From NCBI GenBank assembly GCA_963845565.1, contig CAWJSJ010000001.1:768001-832000 (forward strand): a stretch of DNA of 64,000 nucleotides. The letters run 5' to 3'. Source of the DNA: an uncultured Methylomirabilota bacterium (GTDB lineage: Bacteria > Methylomirabilota > Methylomirabilia > Methylomirabilales > 2-02-FULL-66-22). A model generated the notes under the pieces. It did no database searches. It was not told the DNA's origin and was given only the letters and a program-made list of their open reading frames with translations. Position numbers and translations under genes: made by a program. This document shows, piece after piece, positions 1 through 10,078 of the stretch. Each line of letters starts with the position of its first letter. The stretch's first letter is position 1.

Positions 1-4
1 GGGG

Positions 5-358
5 ATGGCCGTGATGTTGATCACCCACGACCTCGGGGTGGTGGCGGACACGGCGGCGCGCGTGGCCGTGATGTACGCGGGGCGCGTCGTGGAAGAGGCG
101 CCGGTCCTCGACCTGTTCACCAACCCGCGCCACCCGTACACGCAAGGGCTGTTGGCGTCGATCCCCCGCATCGAGAAGTCGGAGCGGCGGCCGCGGCTCC
201 AGGCGATTCCGGGCATGGTGCCGGATCTGCTCGACTTGCCGCAGGGGTGTAAGTTTCAAGCGCGCTGCACCAAGGTCTTCGACGCGTGTCGCGGAGCCGA
301 GCCGCCGCTCAAAGTGGTGGGGTCGGCGGAGCACCGCGTCCGTTGCTGCCTCTATTGA
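5..358 (+). CDS. Oligopeptide/dipeptide ABC transporter ATP-binding subunit (OppD/DppD-like), 5'-truncated by window edge
   Basis: H-loop [26 protein letters not shown] and Cys-rich oligo_HPY C-terminus (GCKFQARC...C...C). Confidence 0.9.
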   Translation: MAVMLITHDLGVVADTAARVAVMYAGRVVEEAPVLDLFTNPRHPYTQGLLASIPRIEKSERRPRLQAIPGMVPDLLDLPQGCKFQARCTKVFDACRGAEPPLKVVGSAEHRVRCCLY

Positions 359-373
359 GCGAAGGAACCGGGC

Positions 374-1345
374 ATGCCCACTGAAAAACTGCTCCAGGTG
401 CGCAACCTGAAGAAGTATTTCGACATCAAGCGCGGCTTCTTTTGGGGGGAACCGGCGAAGGTCCACGCCGTCGACGGCGTCACGTTCGACCTCCTCCGCG
501 GTGAAACCCTCGGACTGGTGGGCGAGTCGGGGTGCGGCAAGTCGACCACGGGTCGTCTGATCTTGCGTCTCATCGAGCCGACGGCGGGGGAGATCCTGTT
601 CGAACAGACGCCGATTCTCCAGGCGAGCAAGAGCGAGATGCGCGCGCTGCGCCAGCGGATGCAGATCATCTTTCAGGATCCCTACTCCTCGCTGAACCCC
701 CGGATGACGGTGGAACAGATCGTGGGGGAGGGGATCGTCATTCACAAACTCTGCAAGACGCGGCAGGAACGGCGAGAGCGCGTCGCCGACCTCCTCCAGA
801 AGGTCGGCTTGAGCCCGGAGCAGATGCACCGCTACCCCCACGAGTTCAGCGGGGGCCAGCGCCAGCGCGTGGGCATCGCCCGCGCCCTGGCGGTCAACCC
901 GAAACTCATCATCGCCGACGAACCGATCTCCGCACTCGACGTCTCGATCCAGGCGCAGGTCATCAACCTGCTGGAGGATCTGCAGGATCAATTCAATCTG
1001 ACGTACCTCTTCATCGCGCATGACCTGCGAGTCGTCGAGCACATCAGCGACCGGGTGGCGGTGATGTACCTCGGCCAGATCGCGGAGCTGGCGGATAGCC
1101 AGGAACTGTACGCAAAACCTCTCCACCCCTACACCGAGGCGCTCCTGTCGGCCATTCCCATTCCGGATCCCACCACCAAGCGTCGGCGGCTCATTCTCGA
1201 GGGGGATCCACCCAGCCCGATCAACCCTCCGCACGGGTGCCGCTTTCACACGCGCTGCCACAAGCGGTTCGAGCGGTGCGACAAGGACGAACCGGCGCTG
1301 CGTGAGGTGGCACCTCGACACTGGGTGTCCTGCCACTTGTACTAG
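374..1345 (+). CDS. Oligopeptide/dipeptide ABC transporter ATP-binding subunit (OppF/DppF-like)
   Basis: Walker [21 protein letters not shown], signature FSGGQRQR, Walker B IIADEP, HPYT and C-terminal Cys motif. Confidence 0.95.
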   Translation: MPTEKLLQVRNLKKYFDIKRGFFWGEPAKVHAVDGVTFDLLRGETLGLVGESGCGKSTTGRLILRLIEPTAGEILFEQTPILQASKSEMRALRQRMQIIFQDPYSSLNPRMTVEQIVGEGIVIHKLCKTRQERRERVADLLQKVGLSPEQMHRYPHEFSGGQRQRVGIARALAVNPKLIIADEPISALDVSIQAQVINLLEDLQDQFNLTYLFIAHDLRVVEHISDRVAVMYLGQIAELADSQELYAKPLHPYTEALLSAIPIPDPTTKRRRLILEGDPPSPINPPHGCRFHTRCHKRFERCDKDEPALREVAPRHWVSCHLY

Positions 1346-1429
1346 CACGCCGCGGCGGCGCGTCCAACACCCCACCCGCGGCGGACCGCCCCTCCGTCCG
1401 ATAGCCCGAAACTCCGGAGGGATATTGCT

Positions 1430-2752
1430 ATGCCAAAACTGAAAGTGATCACCTTTGGGTGCCAGGCGAACGAGCTGGATTCAGCCCGCATTGCCGGTCT
1501 CCTTGCGCATGAAGGCTATAGCCTGACCGAGGACGACGGTGAAGCGGACCTGATCATCCTCAACGGTTGCAGCATCCGGGAGAAGGCCGAACAGAAGCTC
1601 TACAGCAGATTGGGGGCGCTGCAGGTCATGAAACTGCGGCAACCCGGGGTCAGGCTGGGGGTCGCCGGCTGCCTGGCGCAACGCGAGGGTGATGCGCTCT
1701 TGCGTCGGTTTCCCCATCTTGACCTGGTGGTCGGGAATGGGGAACATCTGGCGGAAATCCCGCAACTCTTACGGCGCGAACACGGCCGGCCGGTCGCGGC
1801 CACCGCCGAGCCCGTGGGATTGTTTCCGTCGAACGTGGACGTCCACCGGGACAGCCGATTCCGCGCGTGGGTCGGAATCATGGAGGGGTGCGACAATTTC
1901 TGCGCTTTTTGCGTCGTTCCTTTGACGCGGGGTCGTGAGCGCAGTCGCCCCCCGGACGAGGTCGTGCGAGAAATCGTGGCCCTCCGGGACCGTGGGTATC
2001 GCGAAATCACACTGCTCGGCCAAACGGTGAACTCCTATGGGGCGAAACTGGAACCGCGGGTGTCGTTTGCCGCGCTGCTTCGACGCATCGACGCCGAGGT
2101 CGGAACAGCCATGCGGGTCCGATTCACGACCTCGCACCCCAAAGACGTCACCCCAGACCTCGCCGAGGCGATGCGAACCTTGCCCAGCGTGTGCCCGCAT
2201 ATTCATCTGCCCGTGCAGTCCGGGTCCACCCGGACGCTGGCCCGAATGGAACGCACCTACACGCGCGAGGCGTATCTGGACCGAGTACGCCTCCTCACCA
2301 CGTTCGTTCCCGGATTAGCCATCACCACGGATATTATTGTCGGGTTTCCCGGGGAATCCGACGAAGATTTCCTGGAGACACTCAGCCTCATGCGTGAGGT
2401 GCGCTTCGACGGATCCTTTGCGTTTAAGTTTTCCCCGCGGGCCGGGACCCCCGCGTCAGACTTCACAGACCAGGTCCCGGAGTCCGAAAAAGTTACTCGT
2501 CTCGCGAAGGTCCTCGCACTCCAGGACGAGATCTCGCTCGAGAGGAATCGCGCCTTGATTGGCCACCAGGTTGAAGTTCTGGTGGATCGGGAATTAAGTA
2601 AGCGAGATTCCGGCTTGGCTGCGGGGCGCACCCGGCAGAACAAGATCGTTCATTTCGGCGGCGACGCGGTAGAGGAGGGAACGCTCGCAACCCCCAAGAT
2701 TACAGAGGCGACACCGCATCATTTGAAGGGAGTCCTTATTGCTTCCTCGTAA
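1430..2752 (+). CDS. miaB: tRNA-2-methylthio-N6-dimethylallyladenosine synthase
   Basis: N-terminal TFGCQxNxxDS and CSIREKAE, radical-SAM CDNFCAFC, RFTTSHP, HLPVQSGS, C-terminal TRAM-like domain. Confidence 0.95.
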   Translation: MPKLKVITFGCQANELDSARIAGLLAHEGYSLTEDDGEADLIILNGCSIREKAEQKLYSRLGALQVMKLRQPGVRLGVAGCLAQREGDALLRRFPHLDLVVGNGEHLAEIPQLLRREHGRPVAATAEPVGLFPSNVDVHRDSRFRAWVGIMEGCDNFCAFCVVPLTRGRERSRPPDEVVREIVALRDRGYREITLLGQTVNSYGAKLEPRVSFAALLRRIDAEVGTAMRVRFTTSHPKDVTPDLAEAMRTLPSVCPHIHLPVQSGSTRTLARMERTYTREAYLDRVRLLTTFVPGLAITTDIIVGFPGESDEDFLETLSLMREVRFDGSFAFKFSPRAGTPASDFTDQVPESEKVTRLAKVLALQDEISLERNRALIGHQVEVLVDRELSKRDSGLAAGRTRQNKIVHFGGDAVEEGTLATPKITEATPHHLKGVLIASS

Positions 2753-2767
2753 CTCATGACAAATGCA

Positions 2768-2796
2768 TTGACATCCGGCTAGGGCGTATTTATCAT
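2768..2796 (+). promoter_or_regulatory. Sigma70-type promoter for the SPOR gene
   Basis: TTGACA-N17-TATCAT, then GGAGG RBS before ATG 2823. Confidence 0.7.
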
Positions 2797-2822
2797 ACGA
2801 AACAGTTGGTTGTGGAGGTCTC

Positions 2823-3773
2823 ATGGCTAGGTTCAGCTTTGGCAAGCGAACCACCGATGATGAAGGGATTCCACCCGAGCCAGTTGAAGGAGAGGCGGAG
2901 ATCCAGCCGCCGTCCGAACCGGCTGAATCAGGTGGGAAACCACGGCGTCTCCTGGTCATTGTCGGCATCGGTGCGATCCTGATCGGCGGCCTATATCTGG
3001 CCAACATCCTCTTTTTCTCCACGTCACCCGCGCCGACTCCATCGCGCCAGACGGTTCCGGCGCCCCCGAGTGCGCCTCCCGCATCCCCGGCGCCCACGAA
3101 AGAGGCGGCACCCGCGCCTGCCAGCCCGGGAAAGGCGGAGGTGAAGGCGGACGCAAAGGCGCCGACGCCAGCGAAGGTCGCGGCTGAGCCGACCCCGTCG
3201 GCTAAAGCACCCGCCCCGGCAAAGACCGCTGCGGAACGGACGCCTCCTGCCAAGTCGGCCGTTCCAACTGGCAAGGCGGATATCAAAACGACGTCCAAAG
3301 AACCCCAGAAGACCGCCAAGGGGTTCAGCGTGCAGGTTGGCGCCATGGCGCAGGCGGAAAATGCGGAGGCCCTGAAGCGCAAGCTGGATACTTTGGGGTA
3401 TCAGGCCGTGGTCCGCAAGGGATCCGGCTTTGCCCCGAAGCATGTCGTCACGGTTGGCGATCCGGTCGCCCGGCGTGACGCGGAAGAGCTGGCTCGCCGA
3501 CTGAACGTCGATGGGTTTCCGTCGCAGTTGGCGACCGTGGAAGGAAGATACACGCCGCAGATCGGCTCCTTTGTCAATCTGGACGAGGCGATCGATCTGG
3601 CCCGCGAGCTCCAGAAGAAGAATTATCGACCGAAGATTACTTCGAGCAACACACCGGCCACCACGGTGCTCTTTCAGGTGCGGCACGGACAGTTTGACAC
3701 CCGCGCCGCGGCGGTGACGCGAGGCGAGGAACTCAAGGCGAAGGGTTTTAGTGCGTGGGTTGTTCCCAATTAG
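2823..3773 (+). CDS. Membrane-anchored SPOR-domain protein (FtsN/DedD-like architecture)
   Basis: Single TM helix, long Pro/Ala/Lys linker, SPOR repeats (FSVQVGAM...AEAL, YTPQIGSF, FQVRHGQFDTRAAA). Confidence 0.85.
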   Translation: MARFSFGKRTTDDEGIPPEPVEGEAEIQPPSEPAESGGKPRRLLVIVGIGAILIGGLYLANILFFSTSPAPTPSRQTVPAPPSAPPASPAPTKEAAPAPASPGKAEVKADAKAPTPAKVAAEPTPSAKAPAPAKTAAERTPPAKSAVPTGKADIKTTSKEPQKTAKGFSVQVGAMAQAENAEALKRKLDTLGYQAVVRKGSGFAPKHVVTVGDPVARRDAEELARRLNVDGFPSQLATVEGRYTPQIGSFVNLDEAIDLARELQKKNYRPKITSSNTPATTVLFQVRHGQFDTRAAAVTRGEELKAKGFSAWVVPN

Positions 3774-3875
3774 GAGCCGTTACGAAATAACCTATACATC
3801 TCTTTCTATTTCGTTACGGCTCCTTATGCCGTTTCGGAATGTCTCCGTTCAACTAAATCTTTGACAACGGCTTAG
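3770..3875. repeat. MITE-like palindromic element, copy 1
   Basis: TTA-GGAGCCGTTACGAAATA...TATTTCGTTACGGCTCC-TTA plus a second imperfect IR (GCCGTT...AACGGC); near-identical to 13691..13787. Confidence 0.85.
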
Positions 3876-3950
3876 CGCGTCGGCCTCTGCGCCGCGTGTC
3901 CGAATCTGGAGACCATCGGGCGCTCCACACCGAGGAAGGAGGTGACATGA

Positions 3951-4229
3951 GTGACCAAGGCAGATATCGCATCGTTGGTGGCTGAGAAGGGTTTAACCAA
4001 GAAGCAAGCCATGGAAGCCGTCGAGGCGACTCTCGAGATCATCAAGAACGCGCTTCAAGCCGGCGAGAAGATCCAACTGGTTGGGTTCGGGTCGTTCCAG
4101 GTCAAGGCCAAACGAGCCCGGAAAGGTCGGAACCCCCAGACCGGATCCGAGATCACCATCACGGCGCGTAAGGTGTTGAAGTTCAAGCCGGGCAAGGCGT
4201 TGCACCAGACCGTGAACGTCGAGAATTGA
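3951..4229 (+). CDS. HU/IHF family DNA-binding protein (IhfA position by synteny with MerR gene and tRNA-Pro)
   Basis: MTKADI...GFGSF...RKGRNPQTG...FKPGKAL; strong SD AGGAGGTGA before GTG. Confidence 0.92.
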   Translation: MTKADIASLVAEKGLTKKQAMEAVEATLEIIKNALQAGEKIQLVGFGSFQVKAKRARKGRNPQTGSEITITARKVLKFKPGKALHQTVNVEN

Positions 4230-4654
4230 CACAGCGACCTATGGCCAGATCTCCGCGCCGTCAACAGGGGCTCGCGGCGGATTCGTCACCTCCACGTGAG
4301 CGGCAACTGGGCGTCAGTGCGGATGCGCCCACGGAGGTGCCGGATCGTCTGTATTTCCGGATCGGCGAGGTCTCGGAGATCACCGGTGTCCCTCCGTACG
4401 TCCTACGCTACTGGGAGAGCGAATTTCCCGCGCTACAGCCCCGCAAGAGCGGTGGCGGCCAGCGGCTGTACCGAAAGCGCGACGTCGTCTTCTTGCTGGA
4501 AATCAAGAAACTGCTGTATCAGGAACGTTACACGGTGGCCGGCGCCAGGAAACGACTCGCCGAACGCGAAGATCGCGCCCGGCGGCTTGAGCTTCGTGCT
4601 GCATTGCAGCGGATTCGAGGCGGGTTGGAGGACATCGTCAAACAGCTTTCGTAG
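4226..4654 (+). CDS. MerR-family transcriptional regulator
   Basis: YFRIGEVSEITGVPPYVLRYWESEF, GQRLYR; usual position after ihfA; start uncertain (TTG 4226 or ATG 4241). Confidence 0.9.
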   Translation: MTQRPMARSPRRQQGLAADSSPPRERQLGVSADAPTEVPDRLYFRIGEVSEITGVPPYVLRYWESEFPALQPRKSGGGQRLYRKRDVVFLLEIKKLLYQERYTVAGARKRLAEREDRARRLELRAALQRIRGGLEDIVKQLS

Positions 4655-4813
4655 CGTTTTTCTCCGACCACGCCAAGTACGGAAGAAACCGACCCGGACC
4701 CCTCGGCAACCCAACCCGCTGCCGGGGGGTTGTTTTTTCGACGACCGCCGTTCAGACAGGCGCGGAAACTGAGTTCGTGTCGGAGAATTCTGTCCGCCAG
4801 CAGCGGTCTGACC

Positions 4814-4842
4814 TTGACCGGCGTGTCCGGACTGTGTAGAAT
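4814..4842 (+). promoter_or_regulatory. Sigma70-type promoter upstream of tRNA-Pro/surE
   Basis: TTGACC-N17-TAGAAT with extended TG. Confidence 0.6.
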
Positions 4843-4979
4843 GCGTTCGCTTTCGAGTCACCGACGGTCCGTCCCCAGAAAACACGGCGCGGCCAGACAT
4901 TCCCCCAGTCGGCTGCGCAAGGGAGAATCCGGACCGACGGCACTATTCGAAGGCTCGGAATCGATGGCAGGGTCGGTAT

Positions 4980-5056
4980 CGGGGCGTGGCGCAGCCTGGT
5001 AGCGCACTGGCATGGGGGGCCAGGGGTCAGCAGTTCGAATCTGCTCGCCCCGACCA
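4980..5056 (+). tRNA. tRNA-Pro(GGG)
   Basis: 77-nt cloverleaf CGGGGCG...CGCCCCG-ACCA, anticodon arm CTGGC-AT-GGG-GG-GCCAG, T-loop GTTCGAAT. Confidence 0.97.
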
Positions 5057-5138
5057 ATTTCTGGTGTGACCTTCCCTCGACATCACGGGTTGGTTTTTTC
5101 CGTTCGTGCCGCACGCGCCGGGCGGCACAGGGAGGACT

Positions 5139-5921
5139 ATGGGACCGGCGGAACGCCCGCTTATCTTGGTTTCCAACGATGACGGGATCCGATCGGCAGG
5201 TTTGCGGGCGCTCGCGGAGAGTCTGGCATCGGTGGGGGAGGTCGTGGTCGTTGCCCCCGATCGGGAGCGCAGCGCGACCGGACATTCCCTGACGCTGACG
5301 AGGCCGCTCCGCGTCACCGCGGTCGATCAAGGTTGGTATAGCGTCGACGGAACCCCTACCGATTGCGTGATGCTGGCGGTCATGGAACTCCTGCCTCGCA
5401 GGCCGCAGTTGGTCGCCGCAGGCATCAATCACGGTTCCAATATCGGAGACGACGTTACCTATTCCGGGACGGTCGCTTCGGCGATCGAGGCCACGCTCCA
5501 GGGTATCCCGGCTTTCGCCATTTCTGTGGCGGGCAACGGCACCTTCGATTTTGAGGTCGCCGGAACGTGCGCGCGGCGTGTGGCGGAGGAGGTCTTGCGG
5601 CGCGGCCTTCCGCGCGACACGCTGCTCAACGTGAACGTACCCGCCCTACCACATGACGACGTGCGGGGGTGGAAGGTCACGCGGCAGGGCCGCCGTGTGT
5701 ACAGCGAGACGGTGGTTCGAAAGATCGATCCGCGGGGGCATACCTATTACTGGATCGGAGGCGCCGCGGCGTCGTGGGAACCGGGCGGGGAGACGGACCA
5801 TGAAGCGGTTGCCGCAGGGTGGGTTTCTGTCACGCCGTTGCATCTCGACCTGACGAACCACCGCGCGCTGGCCGAAATCCGGGATTGGGGCCTCTCGAAG
5901 AACGGCGCTTCGTCCGGATGA
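5139..5921 (+). CDS. surE: 5'/3'-nucleotidase SurE
   Basis: SNDDG, VAPDRERSATGHSLT, DGTPTDCV, GINHGSN, YSGTVASA; GGAGG RBS before ATG 5139. Confidence 0.95.
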   Translation: MGPAERPLILVSNDDGIRSAGLRALAESLASVGEVVVVAPDRERSATGHSLTLTRPLRVTAVDQGWYSVDGTPTDCVMLAVMELLPRRPQLVAAGINHGSNIGDDVTYSGTVASAIEATLQGIPAFAISVAGNGTFDFEVAGTCARRVAEEVLRRGLPRDTLLNVNVPALPHDDVRGWKVTRQGRRVYSETVVRKIDPRGHTYYWIGGAAASWEPGGETDHEAVAAGWVSVTPLHLDLTNHRALAEIRDWGLSKNGASSG

Positions 5922-5967
5922 TCCGAGATCACAAACGGGACTAAAGGCTTTTCTTCTTGGGGGGCGT

Positions 5968-6642
5968 GTGGTACCCTCTGAATATACTGGTCTCGGAGAG
6001 TACGGCCTCTCGCGCGGGCGCATGGTGGCCGAACAGTTGGAGCGGAGAGGAATCCGAGACCCGCGGGTGTTGCGCGCGATCACCAAGGTTCCGCGGCATC
6101 AGTTTGTGGACGAAGCGTTGGTTGGCCGCGCGTACGGGGATTACCCGCTGCCCATCGGCGAAGGGCAGACGATCTCGCAACCCTATATGGTCGCACTCAT
6201 GACGGAAGCGCTGCAACTCGCCGGTCATGAGCGCGTGCTCGAGATTGGAACCGGATCTGGATATCAGACGGCGATTCTGGCGGAGTTGTGTGGTAAAGTC
6301 TTCACCATCGAGCGACTGAAGGGACTTGCAGACCGAGCGATTCGGCGACTGGACCACCTGGGGTATTTCAACGTTTTGTCCCGAGTCGGCGATGGGTCGC
6401 TCGGGTGGCGGGAGGAGGCGCCGTTCGACGCCGTTTTGGTCGCCGCCGCCGCACCCGATGTCCCGCCGGCCTTGATCGATCAGTTGCATCCGAAAGGCCG
6501 ACTGGTTTTGCCGGTGGGCGACGTTCATAGCCAGGTTTTGCGGAAAGGCGTCCGAGAAGACGCGGGCATGGAGTGGAGCGATCTCGGGGGATGTGTGTTC
6601 GTCAAGCTCATCGGCCAGCAAGCGTGGCCGACCGGCGTCTGA
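5968..6642 (+). CDS. pcm: Protein-L-isoaspartate O-methyltransferase
   Basis: [14 protein letters not shown] motif [22 protein letters not shown]; canonical surE-pcm order. Confidence 0.95.
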   Translation: MVPSEYTGLGEYGLSRGRMVAEQLERRGIRDPRVLRAITKVPRHQFVDEALVGRAYGDYPLPIGEGQTISQPYMVALMTEALQLAGHERVLEIGTGSGYQTAILAELCGKVFTIERLKGLADRAIRRLDHLGYFNVLSRVGDGSLGWREEAPFDAVLVAAAAPDVPPALIDQLHPKGRLVLPVGDVHSQVLRKGVREDAGMEWSDLGGCVFVKLIGQQAWPTGV

Positions 6643-6692
6643 CGGCAACCTCCAGAATCCGAGATGAGCGAGTAGGGCAAACGGGAGCAGCA

Positions 6693-6772
<80 letters not shown>

Positions 6773-6782
6773 CAACTACCCG

Positions 6783-6822
6783 AAAGAAAGGCCTCGGAGA
6801 GAACCTCCGGGGCCTTTTCTTT
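6783..6822. terminator. Bidirectional rho-independent terminator
   Basis: AAAGAAAGGCCTCGGAG-loop-CTCCGGGGCCTTTTCTTT between convergent tRNA-Pro and lipoprotein gene. Confidence 0.8.
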
Positions 6823-6825
6823 GAG

Positions 6826-7755
6826 TCACTCCGGGACTGCGTTAGTCGCCGTCATGAGGAACGCCAGGACTTCAGGACTGGCGGCCGCCTGAAACGCCAG
6901 GTCCGCAGCGCCGAGTTGGAGGTAGTTGGAACTGGACATCCCGCCCTGCTCCTTCCCGGCCGATGAGCGAAAGCGGAAGGTCCGTGTCGTCTGGGTGGGC
7001 ACGTGGATGACATCCAAAACCAACTCGGACGCCGCGGAAGGATTGGGCGACGCCCCCAGCTTTGTCCGCAGGAGCACTGTTGCGTCGCTCGTGGCCGCGG
7101 GGGGTTGCTGTTGGGGACCGTTCACGTGGGGAAACCGGCGCGCCAGCTCATCGCGCAGCACGACCCCGAGCATGGCATGGGCCGCTTTGACGGCCTCCAA
7201 TGCAGCGAAGCGATTGCTCCAACCCCAATCGCCCGTCGCGACCTCGGGGTCGTCTGTGCCCTGGATGATCAGCACCCGCGCCTCAGTCCGGAGGCGAATG
7301 TTACTGGGGTCAAAGGTGAAGGTCCGGTGGCCGACAGCCGTCCCGCCCAAAGTCACCTCGACCCGCCAGAGCCCGGCGAGACGCTGGGCGTCCTCCGCCG
7401 ATGGGAGGAGAAGAAAGCGCTCTCCCGTCATCCACAGAGACTGCCTTGCCTCGAAGCTACGGTGGCGCTCCTCGCGGAGGTTCCCCGAGGGTGTCCGGAG
7501 GGCGATCACCGCCTCGTATTTGCCTGGCCCAGGCAGTCCCCATTCCAGGTACACCCAGACGTACCGGTCCGAGGAAAAGAAGGGATCGCGCCCCGCCGTG
7601 CGATATCGCTCGCCCGGCTTCGGTTGCGTCGCGTACAGGTCGATGCCCCGCAGGGGGCCGCTGAAAACCCCGGCCGCTCCAGGGAGCGGCGGCGTGGCGC
7701 AGGCCCCCAGCAGCAACAGAAGGCAGAGAACCCCGCCAAGCAGGTGGATTGCCAT
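6826..7755 (-). CDS. Hypothetical lipoprotein
   Basis: Signal peptide [19 protein letters not shown] with lipobox LGAC; GGGAGA upstream; beta-rich N-half ([11 protein letters not shown]). Confidence 0.7.
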   Translation of the reverse strand: MAIHLLGGVLCLLLLLGACATPPLPGAAGVFSGPLRGIDLYATQPKPGERYRTAGRDPFFSSDRYVWVYLEWGLPGPGKYEAVIALRTPSGNLREERHRSFEARQSLWMTGERFLLLPSAEDAQRLAGLWRVEVTLGGTAVGHRTFTFDPSNIRLRTEARVLIIQGTDDPEVATGDWGWSNRFAALEAVKAAHAMLGVVLRDELARRFPHVNGPQQQPPAATSDATVLLRTKLGASPNPSAASELVLDVIHVPTQTTRTFRFRSSAGKEQGGMSSSNYLQLGAADLAFQAAASPEVLAFLMTATNAVPE

Positions 7756-8136
7756 CGTCGTTATCTCCCGAATGGGGCCAGGTCGCACGGATGGTCCGAC
7801 GTGCCGTCCGTGATGCAACTGCGCGCTCTCGCGGGCGGGCACCGATTCCCGCTGGCCGCGGTTCGCACCGCGTAGCACGCCCGAGAATAGTAGAGACGCC
7901 CCCGCCGACCGGCGGCATTGTCACCGAGGGCGCAGACAAAAACCCGACCCAGGCACACGTTTCGGCTCCCCGAGGCCCGGAGGGTGAAAATATGAGGAAT
8001 GAGCCGAGGTTACGCCTTGCCCCATGCGGCGGTCAATCAGAATCCGAACCTGGGGCTGTGGTGCCCCGCGGTGGGCTGTGGTAACATCCTCCCGCCGTGT
8101 CCGGTGTAATCGACCCAGCAGAGAGGGAGAGAGGCG

Positions 8137-8574
8137 ATGCCGGATAAACCTCGGGGCGCGGGGGTGTTGTTCTACGACAGGCATACGCAGCGTGTGCTGT
8201 TGGTCCGCCGCGATAACACGCCGAGCATTCCCTTCCCCGATCACCTCGACATCCTGGGCGGCCACACGGAGGCGGGAGAGACCCCCGAGGACACCGTCGT
8301 GCGGGAGATCGCAGAAGAACTGGACGATCTGCGCAGCGGCCGCCCTTTTTTCCTCACGGGCCATCGGCTCTTCACGATCTACACGGACGCGCGGGGGGTG
8401 ACCGATTCTGTCTTCTGCAAGGAAGCGGACTTCGACCTTGCCGATGTGCGCCTCAAGGAGGGCCAGGAACTGGTGTGGGTGACCGAAGACGAGGCCCGAC
8501 GCACCCCCCTGGCCTTCGGCTACAACGACATCCTGGCGGAGTTCTTTCCCGCGCTTCGAGCGGGGACGGTATGA
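8137..8574 (+). CDS. NUDIX hydrolase
   Basis: Nudix box GGHTEAGETPEDTVVREIAEEL; GAGAGG RBS. Confidence 0.9.
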   Translation: MPDKPRGAGVLFYDRHTQRVLLVRRDNTPSIPFPDHLDILGGHTEAGETPEDTVVREIAEELDDLRSGRPFFLTGHRLFTIYTDARGVTDSVFCKEADFDLADVRLKEGQELVWVTEDEARRTPLAFGYNDILAEFFPALRAGTV

Positions 8575-8733
8575 CCCCCCGGACCCCCTCCAGCACTGTA
8601 AGGAGTCGGTAGCGGAAGATCGAGGCGCGGGCCGATTAGGAGCCGCGGAGGTGAGAGTTGCGGGAGGCGGTGGTGTGCGCGATGGTGGCAGAGGGATGAT
8701 CACGAGCTACCATGAGGCTTTCCCAGTTTCCCC

Positions 8734-8766
8734 TTGACATACAGATACCTATAGGTAACAATAGGC
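8734..8766 (+). promoter_or_regulatory. Promoter with palindromic operator for a leaderless XRE gene
   Basis: TTGACA-N17-AACAAT; perfect palindrome TACCTATAGGTA (8746-8757); ATG 4 nt after the -10 box, no SD. Confidence 0.6.
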
Positions 8767-8973
8767 ATGTACCCATTACAGCGAAGACTTATCGTGAAGA
8801 TCAAGCAACTCAGAGCAGAGCGAGGGTGGACTCAGGACACCCTGGCCGCCAAGGCCGGACTCGCTCGCGCGTACATCGCGCGCTTGGAGATCGGCCGCCA
8901 CGATCCGAGCCTCAGCACGCTGGCGAAGTTGGCGAAGGCGCTCAAAGTAACGGTGGGGGAGTTGGTGGAATAG
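8767..8973 (+). CDS. XRE/Cro-C1 helix-turn-helix regulator
   Basis: IKQLRAERGWTQDTLAAKAGLARAYIARLEIGRHDPSLSTLAKLAKAL. Confidence 0.9.
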   Translation: MYPLQRRLIVKIKQLRAERGWTQDTLAAKAGLARAYIARLEIGRHDPSLSTLAKLAKALKVTVGELVE

Positions 8974-8994
8974 TGGGGAATGACGAGAGGGGAC

Positions 8995-9201
8995 ATGATG
9001 GAAAACACGCTGTTCGCGCGAATGACCGGATGGGAAGTCTGGGTTGGAAAGTTTCAGTTCGATCAGTGGGATGCGTTTGTGCGGACAAAGGCCGTACGGA
9101 CGTCGCGTGACGATGAACTCGTGCCCGGCGGGCCTTTCTCCACTCGTCCGCAGGCCGGGCAGGCGGGCATTGCCTACGCTGGCACGCGAACGCGACCCTA
9201 A
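8995..9201 (+). CDS. Small hypothetical protein
   Basis: GAGAGGGG RBS, follows XRE gene; no recognisable family. Confidence 0.4.
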   Translation: MMENTLFARMTGWEVWVGKFQFDQWDAFVRTKAVRTSRDDELVPGGPFSTRPQAGQAGIAYAGTRTRP

Positions 9202-9384
9202 TACACGTAAGTTGCCCCCGCGTCAGCGCCAACTGACCGGGGGCCTGGCCCATGTCTCACACTCTCAAGGAGGAGCACCACGAGCAAACACACCCTGCCA
9301 GACGGACCCGCCCGAGTCAAGCCAGAACCACCACCGCATCCGATCCTCCGGGAGCATTGTCTGGCGCGGTAGGGAGTACCGAAC

Positions 9385-9471
9385 ACGAGTTTGTCGCTTG
9401 CCGCCGGAGCGAATATCAAGTACCTTTCGCAGTAGATGGGCTACGCCTCGGCGCCGATCACGGTCGCGCTG
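9385..9471 (+). pseudogene. Tyrosine integrase C-terminal scrap
   Basis: Translates TSLSLAAGANIKYLSQ*MGYASAPITVALG, resembling box II (ASLLLAAGANIKYVSQQLGHAS..IT) with a TAG at 9433 and loss of the His. Confidence 0.65.
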
Positions 9472-9507
9472 GGGCGCAGGCGCGCACGCCAAGGAGATGT
9501 CTCGATC

Positions 9508-10011
9508 ATGGCTCAGATGCCTGCCTGTCCGTATTGCGGCGCGATACACCCCGCGATCCTGGCGGGGGGAGTGTGTCCGGTGTGCGGGACGCCGCTCGCG
9601 CCGGACCCCATGAGCGCCATCCGACCGACCACCATACTCTGGATCGATGACGACCGGCTCCTCCTTAGCGTTTGCGGGGATGCCTTCGAGCGCTTCGGAT
9701 TCCAGGTCCTCGTCGCGAGCGACGGCGCCACGGGCATCGAGTTGGCCAAGAAGGAGCGCCCGGACCTGATCCTGCTCGACGTGGTCATGTTCGGCATGGA
9801 TGGATTCGAGGTCTGTCAGCGCCTGCGCGCCGAGCCCACGTTAGCGGAGACGCCGATCGTGCTTCTAACCGTGCTGGATGACGCCGGCATACGCGACCGG
9901 GGACGAGAACTCGGGGCGACCTCGGTCTGGTCGAAGCCGTTCGGACCGGACGATCTCATCATGAGGGTCACCAAACTACTCGGGCAGACGCCGCGCAGGA
10001 CGGCCCTCTGA
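9508..10011 (+). CDS. Response regulator: N-terminal Zn-ribbon plus receiver domain
   Basis: CPYC-x12-CPVC, then ILWIDDD...PDLILLDVVM...LLT...KPF; AAGGAG RBS. Confidence 0.85.
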   Translation: MAQMPACPYCGAIHPAILAGGVCPVCGTPLAPDPMSAIRPTTILWIDDDRLLLSVCGDAFERFGFQVLVASDGATGIELAKKERPDLILLDVVMFGMDGFEVCQRLRAEPTLAETPIVLLTVLDDAGIRDRGRELGATSVWSKPFGPDDLIMRVTKLLGQTPRRTAL

Positions 10012-10078
10012 GAAGCGGGCGTGTTCCGGCCGTGTCCAGCGTGGCGGCAAATGGACGTTTTGCCGCCGTGGGCTTCCC

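Noticed and set aside
3947..3985. Out-of-frame ATG giving a 12-codon ORF over the HU/IHF start
   Set aside because: Too close to the SD; GTG 3951 has optimal spacing
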